The notes: generated by a model not told the origin, from the sequence alone. Positions 28,320 through 47,870 are shown, counted from the first letter of the stretch. The stretch is DNA of 64,000 nucleotides from Eledone cirrhosa (GCA_964016885.1 OZ024745.1:84816001-84880000); one strand, 5' to 3'. Program-made: numbers and translations.

Positions 28320-28362
28320 ACGATGTACTAGTTTCAAGCTTGTTAGCTATCGTCAGCGCCGT
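28320..28362 (-). ncRNA. Minimal hammerhead ribozyme
   Basis: Minus strand reads ACGGCG-CTGACGA-TAGCT(AACA)AGCTT-GAAA-CTAG-TA-CATCGT. Confidence 0.8.
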
Positions 28363-28643
28363 ATATACCTTTCTGCCAGATGGTTGAACGTTATATATAT
28401 ATATATGCATGCTACTGTGCGTCTGTATACATATATGTATGTACGTATACATACATACTTACATTTAAGTAAGTGCCGTACTAAGAGTGAGAAATGAAAT
28501 TTCGTTTCATTCTATTCCATTTATCGTTTTCGGTGCGCCTGGCCGACTGAACTCACTCGATATACAAATTAGGCTGCTCAGCCGTTAATTTTCATAAGGA
28601 AAGTATATACTTTCGAACGTTCAACCATCTGGCAGAAAGGTAT

Positions 28644-28686
28644 ACGGTGCTGACGATAGCTAACAAGCTTGAAACTAGTACATCGT
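28644..28686 (+). ncRNA. Minimal hammerhead ribozyme
   Basis: ACGGTG-CTGACGA-TAGCT(AACA)AGCTT-GAAA-CTAG-TA-CATCGT. Confidence 0.85.
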
Positions 28687-28835
28687 TCCTGTGTCAGTGT
28701 TGAACAAAAAGGTGACGTGGTTGCCTGAACACTGTACGGCGTAAATCAGGCTGTCCGTTTGTTTACAAACGAACGAAGCGAACATTATAATAAATGTTCG
28801 GTAAACTGATACGTGCATATATATATGTGTGCCTG

Positions 28836-28899
<64 letters not shown>

Positions 28900-29171
28900 C
28901 TACTGTGCGTCTGTATACATATATGTATGTACGTATACATACATACTTACATTTAAGTAAGTGCCGTACTAAGAGTGAGAAATGAAATTTCGTTTCACTC
29001 TATTCCATTTATATATATATATATAAGGATTAAAATACTGGAGCGTGTTGGAGTTAAACACCCTCTTCGTATTATAGAAATGACATTAAAAGGTATAGCT
29101 CAATGTAATTAAACAGAGCCGAAGAATTATGAAAATAAAACAAAGAAGCCTTCAATACATCAAAAGTCTTT

Positions 29172-29216
29172 ATTAGCCAACAATGTTTCGTCCTATTAAG
29201 GACTCATCAGGGCAAT
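29172..29216 (-). ncRNA. Minimal hammerhead ribozyme
   Basis: Minus strand reads GCC-CTGATGA-GTCCT(TAAT)AGGAC-GAAA-CATTG-TT-GGC. Confidence 0.85.
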
Positions 29217-29232
29217 TAAAACTACAAGAAGG

Positions 29233-31062
29233 CCTTAATGTTGGCCATGAGAGTGTCCAGCCTTACACGATCACAAGTAGATATTATACTAGCAGCCCGT
29301 AGAACTATCATTAATTTTCAGGACACTTTTTGGACCCGATAAAACACGCCCAACAATTTCGACGTTACAATGGGTTCGAGTGATTCGGCCCAGGTAACTG
29401 ATCTTGTTGGGTTGTTCCTCCTAAATGAACTATATGTTACCTTTCTGCACCTTAAAGGTGGACTATATCGTGATGATGCATTGTTTGTGATTAACTCTAG
29501 CACCAACAATGTCGAGCATAATAAGAAGAAGCTTTATAAGTTTTTTAAAAGCTATAACCTTTCGATCACGATAGATAGAAACGATAGAGCGGTCAACTTT
29601 TTAGATGTGACTTTGGACTTGGTCACTAATAGTTTTAAACCCTTCCATAAGCCTAATGAAATACTTTCTTATGTTAGTCCCAATTCTAACCACCCCAAAT
29701 CTATGATAAGCTCTATAATTAAGGGTGTATCTAATAGGATTTCCACACTTAGGAACATTTAATGACCATGCGGAGTACTATAATAATGCCCTAGCTAATT
29801 CCGGTTACTCTGGTAAAATACATTATAATAATAGTAACCTTAGAAAGTATCCGCTTACTTATAATAATAATAACATAATATCCCATAATATGGCCATGAA
29901 TGGGAGTAGGAAGCATAATAATCGTAGAAATCACATAGGTGTATCTGCACCCATCCATAAGTTAACCCACCGGACTCGTAATAGGGAATCTAATACCTCT
30001 AGGAATCAAGTCGAACCCTCTGAACGCACACTCATTGGTGATGCTTCTGCTAGATCTAATTCTAATAATGTTGTTTCTACTGATCCTATTATTGGCCCTA
30101 ATCCTTTTGATAGGATTCCAGACAGCAGCAGATATACTAAAGGTAGAAACAGAAAGAGACTTAATGGAATTTCGGCTGATTCTAATAATGTGGTTTTAAC
30201 TAATCCTTGTAATAACCCTAGTCTTAATAATGGGATATTGGATAATGGTAGAGTCGGAAAGGATAAACATAGGAGACTAAATACTTATTTTAACCCGCCA
30301 TATAATCAGGAAGTATTAACTAATATCCCTAGGTCTTTCTTTTCTATCTTAGAGAAAAATTTCCCCCCTTCTCATAAATACCATAGTATTTTTAATAAAA
30401 ATGTAATTAAACTTTCATTCTCTACAACCCCTAATATTAGTTCTCATTTAGCTAGCACTAACAATAGGAAAATTAGGGATGGATACTCCTCTCTACATAC
30501 TACTAGTCAGAACAGATCTGCAAATGCCTTACCACCAGAGCAGACCTTATCTAATAGTAATCCTACGTGTAATGCATCACTACTTCAGCCAATCAATAGC
30601 ACCCGGAAGTGTAACTGTAGAGTGAGTGCTAACTGTCCTTTAAACGGTAACTGCCTCTCTAAGAACATCGTTTATTCTTGCGTAGTTATAACTAATTCCT
30701 CTAATAGAACATATATAGGCTCTACATCTAACACTTTTAAGACTAGGTTTAATTCTCATGTCTCTAATTTCAAACATGTTAAGTTTAAGAATTCTACTTC
30801 TTTAGCACACTATATCTGGGATCTTAAGGGGGCTAATATACCATATAGCCTTAATTGGCGTATAGTAGCACGCTCTAATAACCTTTTCCCACATACTAAA
30901 TTTTGTAATCTCTGTATCCTTGAGACACACTCTATAATTTTCTCTAGTGAATCCTTACTTAATAGAAAGTCTGAGATATTCTCTTCTTGCCCCCACGCTA
31001 TTTCTAATTCTTACTTTTATTATAAACCTAAAGGTTCTAGTAGTGTAAATTGTATCCATTAG
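29233..31062 (+). pseudogene. PLE RT C-half + GIY-YIG, with a stop and a frameshift (~29755)
   Basis: Motifs MGSSDSAQVTDLVG, LYRDD, VNFLDVTL, FNPPY, CNCRVSANCPLNGNCL, YIGSTSNTFKTRFNSH and CNLCILE. Confidence 0.9.
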
Positions 31063-32766
31063 CTGATATATTCCATTACTTATTTTTTTAGTTTAGGTTC
31101 ATTTTGTTTACCACCATTATTATCATCATTATTATCATTGGTTTTTGACAACTTTTTATTCTAGCTCTCATAATCTTTTGGCTACTATACCATATCTATC
31201 TTCTTACACATTAAATTTTCACTATTAACACCTTAAGAGTATATATCTGATTATATATTTTATATTATTTTATTTCATTTTATTTTATTTTATTTTATTT
31301 GGATTCTTCTTTGGATAACTAACCCCCCTCCCTCCTTCCCCCCTCCCTCCTTCCTCCCCCTCCCCCCATGCACACATAAACTTATTGCTAACCCCTTCAA
31401 ATATATTATGATTATATTTAATCCCCTTTTTTATGCTCCTTTCTATTATATATATTGATTATGATTTTATGCTCTTTTGTATCCTCCATACATTTCTTTT
31501 TTTCTGTCCACATTAGCCTACCATAATTCTGCTTAAAGTCAGTTTATTAGATAACGTTATGTAAATGATAGTAGAATATTTCATTCCTTTCTATAAATAT
31601 TTATAGTTGATATCTTAATGTTTAGGGATTTTGATTACTTAAACCATAGCTAATATTGTATTGCCTTATTAAGTATTTTAAATATTTTCAATATTAATTT
31701 ATCAAATAGGGTTTTCTAGTCATTTATCCGGGTTGTTTCCTAAGTTTTTACTTAACTGCATGTGAGACCTAAGTAAATACTTCTGCTTTTGTTTTTTGAT
31801 TTCCGGTCGATTTTATTTATTTATTTATTAATACTACTGTGCATAGTATTTTCTGTCTGGCCCTTATTCACTCATTCACATATGTGTCTGTTTACCAACC
31901 TTGTAATTATAAGTAATTATATATTATATTATGTTCATTATTTTATATTGAAGTTGTTATTCAACTCTTTGTAAATGTACTATTGATCCTTATTACTTAC
32001 CGATTATTTTATGTACCATTATGATATGTTAAATTTTATATATTCTGTAAGATGTTTATATTTTTGTACCATCATAATTTTGGTATTGTACAATATATTT
32101 TTTTTCTCACCTGTTCTCAACTCTATATGAATTGATTTGTTAAGTTACATGCCATTATATATTATTATATTATTATTATAGTGTTATTGTGACATCTATA
32201 TTGTTTGTGTAAATTAACCGGAGATTATCTATTATATTATATTATATATTATATAATTATATAGTTTATTATATATTATATGTTTTACTTTTAATCATTT
32301 CATTACTTCATGTTATACTGTATATTATATATACGTATTATTTTTATTTTTATTCCTATTATGCTTATTTATATTTAAACTCTTAATAAGGTTTAATTTG
32401 TGCTGTTAATGATGGAAATGTGTATTGATGTATATGTATATGTGCGTACGTGTGTGTATATATATACATATGTATATTGTGCCTTTTAATTTTAATTTTA
32501 ATTTTAATATTGTTACAAGTATAGTATATTATATTATATTGTATTACATATAGTACTATAATTCCCGCTCTATATAACCACCTTTGTTTAGCTCTAGTTT
32601 TTTGCTTTGGACTATATTTGTAATATGGTTCAAAATGTTATCCACCTCCTTAGTGATTTTTATTATATATTTTTACCCATAATCTTCCAATACTTTAGTG
32701 TATGTACACTCCATATTCTTCTGAGTTTTCGGCTTGTATTGGCCGATAGTGCTTCTTGTAGTTTTA

Positions 32767-32811
32767 ATTGCCCTGATGAGCCCTTAATAGGACGAAACAT
32801 TGTTGGCTAAT
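32767..32811 (+). ncRNA. Minimal hammerhead ribozyme
   Basis: GCC-CTGATGA-GCCCT(TAAT)AGGAC-GAAA-CATTG-TT-GGC. Confidence 0.85.
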
Positions 32812-32852
32812 AAAGACTTTTGATGTATTGAAGGCTTCTTTGTTTTATTTTC

Positions 32853-32895
<43 letters not shown>

Positions 32896-32897
<2 letters not shown>

Positions 32898-33348
32898 TTA
32901 TCTCTGTATATCTCCCCCTCTCTCTCTCCCACTATTATCTATTTAATTCTCTTTAAATAACTACACCCCACAACATGATGTCTGCTATCAAAACTGACCA
33001 AAGTATCCTCCCACCTCTACCCCTCCCTCCATCTCAGTTTGTCATTCTACTTCCTACCTCTTCCCCCTTCCTCTCTCTCTCTATACTATACCGTCTGTCC
33101 CCTCACCTCCTGATTCCTCTCTCTCTATACTAGTAAATACAATTCCAAATAAATGTTTTTCTCTATATATTAAGAATTATTTCAAGAGTAACTTACTATT
33201 TTGAAAATTTGGACTGTGAACAACAATTATAATTGAGTGGCTGCTATTTGCAGTATAGCAATATAAGGTTGCACTTACCAATGAAACGGTCGTAAATACC
33301 TGGATAAAATCCTTCTCTTAATGCTTACCTGTGTTTTCTCTTTTATAT
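32896..33348 (+). mobile_element. Distal part of the 3' pLTR of the 24036 element, with HHR at 33197-33298
   Basis: Direct repeat of ~24825-25270. Confidence 0.88.
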
Positions 33349-33353
33349 TTATG

Positions 33354-33402
<49 letters not shown>

Positions 33403-33437
33403 GTATATATATGTATATGTATATATATGTGTATATA

Positions 33438-33488
<51 letters not shown>

Positions 33489-33500
33489 GTATATATATGC

Positions 33501-33536
<36 letters not shown>

Positions 33537-33556
33537 GCATATATATACATATGTAA

Positions 33557-33663
<107 letters not shown>

Positions 33664-33680
33664 CATATATATATATATAC

Positions 33681-33713
<33 letters not shown>

Positions 33714-33791
33714 CATACATATATATATATACATATATATATATACATACATATATATATATACATATACATATATATATATATACATACA

Positions 33792-33829
<38 letters not shown>

Positions 33830-33842
33830 CATACATATATAT

Positions 33843-39732
<5,890 letters not shown>

Positions 39733-39738
39733 TGTATG

Positions 39739-39811
<73 letters not shown>

Positions 39812-39862
39812 ATATATATATGTATGCATATATATATATACATATATATATATATATGTAGG

Positions 39863-39893
<31 letters not shown>

Positions 39894-39910
39894 GTGTATA
39901 TATAGATGTA

Positions 39911-40150
<240 letters not shown>

Positions 40151-40223
40151 CATATAAATATATATACATACATATATATATATGTATATATACATATGTA
40201 TGTTGTCTGAAATGCATGGCCTT

Positions 40224-40304
40224 ACACACGCTGATGAACCGAGACTAGACCATTTCTTTCAACAAATTTTGTGGTGAAACATATCTTTGGATTTGTACGT
40301 GTGT
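40224..40304 (+). ncRNA. Type I hammerhead ribozyme with a full stem III, in solo fragment 40200-40530
   Basis: ACACACG-CTGATGA-ACC...GGT-GAAA-CATATC(TTTG)GATTTG-TA-CGTGTGT. Confidence 0.75.
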
Positions 40305-40538
40305 TATATAGTTATAAAGGTATTTATTTACGCTTTAATTTCATAGGTTATAGATTCCATACACTGGTGGTTTTTTCCCTGTATTATTGATAACGCACTA
40401 TATATCTCTCTCTGGTGTGTTACCTTCTCAACATATTATATTTTAAAGGGCTCAGGATCTCTTCCCCTTTGAGCACATTATTTACAGGGAATAACGACGG
40501 CCTATGCCTCCGTTAATTTATCGTGATATATACATATA

Positions 40539-40569
<31 letters not shown>

Positions 40570-40605
40570 GTATATATATATATCTACATATATATATATA
40601 TCTAC

Positions 40606-40654
<49 letters not shown>

Positions 40655-40680
40655 CATATATATACATATACATATATATA

Positions 40681-40819
<139 letters not shown>

Positions 40820-40847
40820 GTATGTATAATGTATATATATATGTATG

Positions 40848-40886
<39 letters not shown>

Positions 40887-40965
40887 GTATATATGTATAT
40901 ATATATATATATGTATATATGTATATATATATGTATATATATGTATATATGTATATATGTATATA

Positions 40966-41102
<137 letters not shown>

Positions 41103-41120
41103 GTATATGTATGTATAATG

Positions 41121-41153
<33 letters not shown>

Positions 41154-41228
41154 GTATATATGTATATATATATATGTATATATGTATATATATATGTATA
41201 TATATGTATATATGTATATATGTATATA

Positions 41229-41301
<73 letters not shown>

Positions 41302-41304
41302 ATA

Positions 41305-41780
41305 CGTTTTTTAAATATGTTAATTATATATATATATATATATGCTTTTTAAATATGTTAATTATTTTCCACTGAACCAGATCAATGATGATATATAGTC
41401 ATCTGATCCAGAAATATTATATGGAGTAGCGAAACAATTGTAAACGGACATTATTATTATTAATATTATTAATAATAATATGGATTGGCAGTATCGGTAG
41501 AGAGTCGGACACCATGCTTTGAAGCATAGAGTTACGTCTCTTTACGGTCAGAGTTCAAATCCCGCCGAGGTTAACTTTGCGTTTCATCCTTACGGGGTCG
41601 ATAAAATAAAGTAGCAGTAATACACTGGAATAATTGCTGGCCTTGTGCCAAAAGTATAAACAATTATTATTAATATTATTATTATTATTCTCTACATTCC
41701 TTACATCAAACTAAAATGTGTTGACAATCTTTTAATAATGTCTTCCTTGTGAAGTTTGTGGTCTTGTTCTGCTTAACTAA

Positions 41781-41785
<5 letters not shown>
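41305..41785 (+). repeat. pLTR-like repeat (related copy at ~62373-62600 on the minus strand) carrying a SINE insertion
   Basis: Shared sequence CTGAACCAGATCAAT...GCGAAACAATTGTAAACGG...CTCTACATTCCTTACATCAAAC. Confidence 0.75.
41481..41665 (+). mobile_element. tRNA-derived SINE
   Basis: Same family as 5230-5408, with A and B boxes. ATTATTATTAATATTATT lies on both sides. Confidence 0.85.
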
Positions 41786-41863
<78 letters not shown>

Positions 41864-41920
41864 ATATATATGTATATATATATATATATATGTATATATT
41901 TATATATATGTATATATATG

Positions 41921-41991
<71 letters not shown>

Positions 41992-42006
41992 GAATATATA
42001 TATATG

Positions 42007-42042
<36 letters not shown>

Positions 42043-42052
42043 TATGTATGTA

Positions 42053-42083
<31 letters not shown>

Positions 42084-42097
42084 TCTGTTTACCAATA

Positions 42098-42172
<75 letters not shown>

Positions 42173-42176
42173 TATT

Positions 42177-42250
<74 letters not shown>

Positions 42251-42356
42251 TATATACATATATATATATATATTTATACATATATATATATACATATATA
42301 TATATACATATATATATATACATACATATATATATGTATATATATATATATATATG

Positions 42357-42399
<43 letters not shown>

Positions 42400-42416
42400 A
42401 TATATATATATTAATG

Positions 42417-42494
<78 letters not shown>

Positions 42495-42603
42495 TGTATG
42501 CATATATATATACATATATATATATATATGTATATATATATGTATATATATGTATATATATATATATGTGTATATATATATATGTATGCATATATATATA
42601 TAC

Positions 42604-42635
<32 letters not shown>

Positions 42636-42756
42636 TTATATTTATACATATATATATATATACATATATATATATGTGTATATATATATATACATACATA
42701 TATATATGTATATATATATATATATATATGTATGTATATATATATATATATGTATG

Positions 42757-42791
<35 letters not shown>

Positions 42792-42794
42792 GTG

Positions 42795-42826
<32 letters not shown>

Positions 42827-42832
42827 TATATG

Positions 42833-42880
<48 letters not shown>

Positions 42881-42881
42881 C

Positions 42882-43317
42882 CATATTATATTTAGAGATC
42901 AAACTCTTAGTCGTTTACAATTAATCAGCTCAAAGAAAGAGGCCTTTCTGAGCAGTGAAATACAAGTTATATATTAATATATATGATAAACACGAAACGT
43001 GTTTGTATTGTAACAGACAAAGTTAGCTAGCATGAAATAAACTAATTCTAGCATTCCCGGTGCTAGAGATAACAGCCGTTTATACGGGATTAAAGATCAG
43101 CTCTACAGTTAAGGAGCAATATACTATATTATATTTAGAGATTTAACTCTTAGTCGTTTACAATTAATCAGCTCAAAGAAAGAGGCATTTCTGAGCAGTG
43201 AAATACAAGTTATATATTAATATATATGATAAACACGAAATTAATTGTAAACGACTAAGAGTTTAATCTCTAAATATAATATAGTATATTGCTCCTTAAC
43301 TGTAGAGCTGATCTTTA
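42882..43317. repeat. Short tandem (~241-bp period) plus inverted-segment repeat element
   Basis: 42884-42997 repeats at ~43126-43240. 43241-43317 is an inverted copy of ~43091-43167. Confidence 0.75.
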
Positions 43318-43352
43318 TACGTATACATATATACATATATATATATATACAC

Positions 43353-43403
<51 letters not shown>

Positions 43404-43460
43404 CATATATATATATATACATATATATACATATATACATATATATATATATATACATAC

Positions 43461-43495
<35 letters not shown>

Positions 43496-43531
43496 CATAC
43501 ATATATATATATATACATATATATATATATT

Positions 43532-43617
<86 letters not shown>

Positions 43618-43626
43618 TATATATAT

Positions 43627-43711
<85 letters not shown>

Positions 43712-43728
43712 CATATATATATATATAC

Positions 43729-43895
<167 letters not shown>

Positions 43896-43898
43896 TAT

Positions 43899-43945
<47 letters not shown>

Positions 43946-43967
43946 TATATACATACATATATATATA

Positions 43968-44240
43968 TAGTTATGTAATAAACAACATAAGACAATTATT
44001 CCATTTACCAGTGGTTTCTTAAAGGCAAAAGATTTTGCTTTCAATCCTCAGAATGAAAAAATCCTGGTCTGACCAGGAGTTTTTCATTCTGACAATTGAA
44101 AGCAAAATCTTTTGCTTTTAAGAAACCACTGGTAAATGGAATAATTGCCTTATGTTGTTTATTACATAACTATTAAGCTCTGTTACCTACATAGAGCACT
44201 CTTTTTTCTGGACTTTTCCGACGGAATTACTTCATTTATA
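43968..44240. repeat. ~200-bp palindrome of two divergent HHRs plus tail; directly repeated at 48113-48385
   Basis: Palindrome centre TCCTGGTCTGACCAGGA at 44062-44078. Second copy is offset by 4145 bp. Confidence 0.9.
44000..44057 (-). ncRNA. Hammerhead ribozyme (intact CUGAGGA core)
   Basis: Minus strand reads TTCATT-CTGAGGA-TTGAAAGCAAAA(TC)TTTTGCCTTTAA-GAAA-CCACTGG-TA-AATGGA. The plus-arm copy at 44083-44140 has CTGACAA. Confidence 0.8.
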
Positions 44241-44300
44241 TATATATAAATGAAGTAATTCCGTCGGAAAAGTCCAGAAAATATATATGTTTAAATATAT

Positions 44301-44573
44301 ATGTGTTTAGACCGGGATTGTCCCCTTACCCATCTCCCGGGGACCCGTCGGACAAATGAAAATAAAATTAAAAATAAAAGCAAAAACAAAAACCATAACC
44401 TACATAAAAATAACCACTACCACAGTCACCAACAGTCTTCTAAACAGGAAACTTCTTCCTCTTTTTTAGCCATAATGAATCTGGCAAAAGAACTGGAAAA
44501 AAACATTCGAGCTATCACCCAGCACCACCCTCCACTATCACCCCACTGCACAAACTCCCATTGCTGCCATTAA
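44301..44573 (+). pseudogene. Probable C-terminal remnant of LINE ORF1
   Basis: Begins with a C-x4-C-x3-H zinc-finger-like tail (CLDRDCPLTHLPGT) and a low-complexity stretch with FL. It overlaps the ORF2 start. Confidence 0.5.
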
Positions 44574-47500
44574 CAAACAAACAAATTAACAACACACCAA
44601 AACAATTAAAACCATCCACTCTCGCCTCTACATTTTTGCTTAACGCCCAAGGCATCAGCCCTTCCACCAATACTCAAAAATGGAAGATCAAATTCCTGGA
44701 GGACTGGATTGATGTCCATCCAAACCACATCCCTTTCTTCGTCCTCACTGAAACCCATCTCAGTAACCTCCACTTGGAAGCGGAGGTGAAAGTGAAAAAT
44801 TTCAAAGCCATCCGTGCTGATCGCGCTGGCAGAAGAAAGGGCGGAACTGCCATTTATGTCCATAATTCTTTCTCAACAGAGGCTATGAACATATTCACTA
44901 ATGGATACTGTGAAGCAGTCACTGTATTCAGTCAAACCAACAACCTATTAGTAGTTGGGCTCTATAGGCCACCCCAAACGCCTGTACCATGCTTCAAGGA
45001 ATGCCTCAACAGCATAAAGTGTTTCATCCAAGAGTGTCACCCTGACAACATCTTAATGATGGGGGACTTCAACCTCCCCGGAGTTGACTGGTCCACAAAC
45101 AGCCTGCCACCAGGTTCTTCTGCCTCAACCTCTGACAGGGAAGCTGTGGAATCGCTTCTTGACTTCATGGATGATTTCTTCCTATCCCAACTGGTGCTCG
45201 AACCAACGAGGTGCCACAAAAACGTCCTAGACTTAATTTTCAGCAATCACACTGACAATATCCACAATATTGCAGTGGAGAAAACTCTACTCTCTGATCA
45301 TGACATGGTTCTCTGTGATCTGAGATTCCACCGTCCAATATACAAACCCAATGTCATCTCTCCTGTCCATCCGTTTGACGCTATGGATTTCCACAATGCA
45401 AACTGGGAAGCGATCAGTCATGATCTTGCACATGTCGACTGGTCCTTCACGCACACTCATACACCCACTAACATCAAAAAGTCCTGGCAGACATTTGTGG
45501 ACACTGTTACAAACATATGTGCTAAACACACCCCATTAAGAACTATAAACAAATCTAAGAGCAGAATCCCTAGAAATAGAAAAACGCTCATCAGAAAAAT
45601 TAAGAGAACGAACAAAAAAATCAACAAGCTGAAATACTGTCAGCAGCAACACATCAACTTGACTGCCATTTCATCACTAGAGATTAAAAAACATAACCTC
45701 CAAAACAACATAATGTCCCTCATCAACAATCAGAGAAGAGCTGAAGAGGCCTGGGCCATTGAGAAGATCAAACTCAATCCCAAAGTGTTCTTTTCATTTG
45801 CAAAAAAACACAAAATCACTGGCTCTACTGTTGGCCCTCTAATTGATGAAAATGGCACTCTTCAAGACAATGCTAAAACCATGGGTGAGATACTGCAGAA
45901 ACAATACTGCTCTGTTTTCAGCAATCCTGATATGGCCGATCTGGGCTGTATCGGCGATGTTACTCCCCATTACACCTTATCGGACATAACGTTTGGCGCC
46001 CCTTATGTCTTGGCGGCAATAAAGGAAATCAAGCATAATTCAGCAGTAGGTCCCGATAGGTTCCCTGCTTGTGTCTTGAAGGCGTGTCAACACCAACTTG
46101 CATCTCCTCTTGCCAATCTGTGGCGGAACTCACTGGATGCTGGTTATGTGCCAGAAAACCTTCTATCCCAGTCTGTTGTCCCAGTTTTCAAAAAGGGAAA
46201 CAAATCCCTTGCCGTGAATTACCGTCCAATCTCACTCACCTCTCATATCATTAAGGTATTTGAGCGAGTGGTGAGATCGCGAATGACCCACTTCCTTGAG
46301 AGTAACAATATGCTGAACTCCAACCAGCATGGATTCCGTAATGGAAGGGATTGCCTGACGCAGCTACTGCATCACTTTGATGACATTTTGAGAGCCTTGG
46401 GAGAGGGTTCCAACACTGATGTTATCTACCTTGATTTCAGCAAGGCCTTTGACAGGGTTGATCATAACATTCTACTGAGAAAGCTGTCCAATATTGGTGT
46501 CACTGGAAAGCTGCTGCAGTGGATCAAGAGCTTCCTGTCAAACAGAACCCAACATGTTGTAGTTGAGGGAGTCAAATCAAGCCCAGCCAAAGTCAGTAGT
46601 GGAGTCCCACAAGGCACTGTGTTGGGCCCACTTCTCTTCATCATCTATATTAATGACATCACTGACATCATCAAACACAGCAACATTAAAATTTTCGCTG
46701 ATGATTCCAAGCTCCAAAAGGTCATCAATGGCGTGGATGACCGGATAAGCCTTCAGTCAGACCTACTGGCTGTTACCCAATGGGCAGAAAAGAACAACAT
46801 GTTACTGAACGAAGACAAATTCGAACTGATCCACTTTGGAAAAGAGGATGCTCTGAAACTCCCGTACTCCCTTCCCTCCGGGGAAACTCTCGTGGCATCT
46901 AACAACATCAGAGACTTGGGAGTAACCGTGGACAGCAACATAAGCTGGACCACGCATATAAGCAGCAAAGTTGACATGGCCCGCAGAATGTGTTCCTGGA
47001 TCCTCAGAACCTTCCAGTCGAGAGATTCCCGCACCATTATCCTTCTCTTCTCTACTTTTGCCCGACCACACCTTGAATACTGTTGTCCACTGTGGTCTCC
47101 CCACACGAAACAAAGTATCATGAAACTTGAAGCTCCTCAAAGGGCAATCACGAAAAAGATAGATGGCATGTCAGACCTTGACTACTGGGGTCGATTAGAA
47201 AACCTGAAACTTTACTCACTCCAACGTCGCCGTGAGCGTTATATTATCTGCATGATGTGGAAAATGTTCCATCATCACTGCCCAAATGATGTTGGCATCG
47301 CCTTCAAGATACACCCAAGGCTTGGGCCCCGTGCTATCCGTCCCATTCAAAAATCTAAATCGCAACTCATAACAACAATACGGCACAATTATTTCACCTC
47401 AATCGGCCCTGCTCTCTTCAACATCACACCAGGACACGTCAAAACAGAAACTGACCACACAAAATTCAAGAAGTCTTTGGACAAATTCCTCCAAGTAATC

Positions 47501-47581
47501 CCGGACAAACCACCCACACCCGGATATGTCTCCGCAAACAGTAATTCTCTTCTCGAATGGGCCATGGTGCCCAAATCCTGA
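44561..47581 (+). CDS. Apparently intact ORF2 (APE endonuclease + RT) of a CR1-group LINE; 3' UTR to ~47668
   Basis: 1006-aa open frame. Motifs [65 protein letters not shown] and PHLEYC. Ends in a short TTCAAAGTTA tandem tail. Confidence 0.93.
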   Translation: MLPLTNKQINNTPKQLKPSTLASTFLLNAQGISPSTNTQKWKIKFLEDWIDVHPNHIPFFVLTETHLSNLHLEAEVKVKNFKAIRADRAGRRKGGTAIYVHNSFSTEAMNIFTNGYCEAVTVFSQTNNLLVVGLYRPPQTPVPCFKECLNSIKCFIQECHPDNILMMGDFNLPGVDWSTNSLPPGSSASTSDREAVESLLDFMDDFFLSQLVLEPTRCHKNVLDLIFSNHTDNIHNIAVEKTLLSDHDMVLCDLRFHRPIYKPNVISPVHPFDAMDFHNANWEAISHDLAHVDWSFTHTHTPTNIKKSWQTFVDTVTNICAKHTPLRTINKSKSRIPRNRKTLIRKIKRTNKKINKLKYCQQQHINLTAISSLEIKKHNLQNNIMSLINNQRRAEEAWAIEKIKLNPKVFFSFAKKHKITGSTVGPLIDENGTLQDNAKTMGEILQKQYCSVFSNPDMADLGCIGDVTPHYTLSDITFGAPYVLAAIKEIKHNSAVGPDRFPACVLKACQHQLASPLANLWRNSLDAGYVPENLLSQSVVPVFKKGNKSLAVNYRPISLTSHIIKVFERVVRSRMTHFLESNNMLNSNQHGFRNGRDCLTQLLHHFDDILRALGEGSNTDVIYLDFSKAFDRVDHNILLRKLSNIGVTGKLLQWIKSFLSNRTQHVVVEGVKSSPAKVSSGVPQGTVLGPLLFIIYINDITDIIKHSNIKIFADDSKLQKVINGVDDRISLQSDLLAVTQWAEKNNMLLNEDKFELIHFGKEDALKLPYSLPSGETLVASNNIRDLGVTVDSNISWTTHISSKVDMARRMCSWILRTFQSRDSRTIILLFSTFARPHLEYCCPLWSPHTKQSIMKLEAPQRAITKKIDGMSDLDYWGRLENLKLYSLQRRRERYIICMMWKMFHHHCPNDVGIAFKIHPRLGPRAIRPIQKSKSQLITTIRHNYFTSIGPALFNITPGHVKTETDHTKFKKSLDKFLQVIPDKPPTPGYVSANSNSLLEWAMVPKS

Positions 47582-47677
47582 ATTGAAAGATTTCGCCAGG
47601 TGGTGCTATTAAGTTAGACATGGCCTGGGCCAATACTGGCCAAAACATTTCAAAGTTATTCAAAGTTATATAAATAT

Positions 47678-47760
<83 letters not shown>

Positions 47761-47827
47761 CATATATATATATATACATATATATATATTTATACATACA
47801 TATATATATATATATACATATATATAC

Positions 47828-47870
<43 letters not shown>

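Larger units (their letters stand above)
28064..29010 (+). mobile_element. Retrozyme-like ~490-bp unit (~1.2 tandem copies, 28408-29010) preceded by an inverted partial copy (28064-28392)
   Basis: ATGCTACTGTGCGTCTG...TTCCATTTAT occurs at ~28409 and ~28897. 28064-28392 mirrors ~28615-28950. A fragment also lies at 23718-23770. Confidence 0.8.
29025..32857 (+). mobile_element. 5'-truncated Nematis-like PLE with an inverted pLTR end (29025-29232), nested in the 3' pLTR of the previous element
   Basis: 29127-29231 is the reverse complement of ~32752-32857. Coding remnant spans 29233-31062, followed by a ~1.7-kb 3' UTR. Confidence 0.88.

Noticed and set aside
41305-41447. HHR ending GAAA-CAATTG-TA
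   Set aside because: The 3' half looks right, but no intact core is found in either copy.
42945-43012. HHR-like CTGAGCA-GTG...CAC-GAAA
   Set aside because: C3/C8 mismatch and no convincing stem I or stem III.
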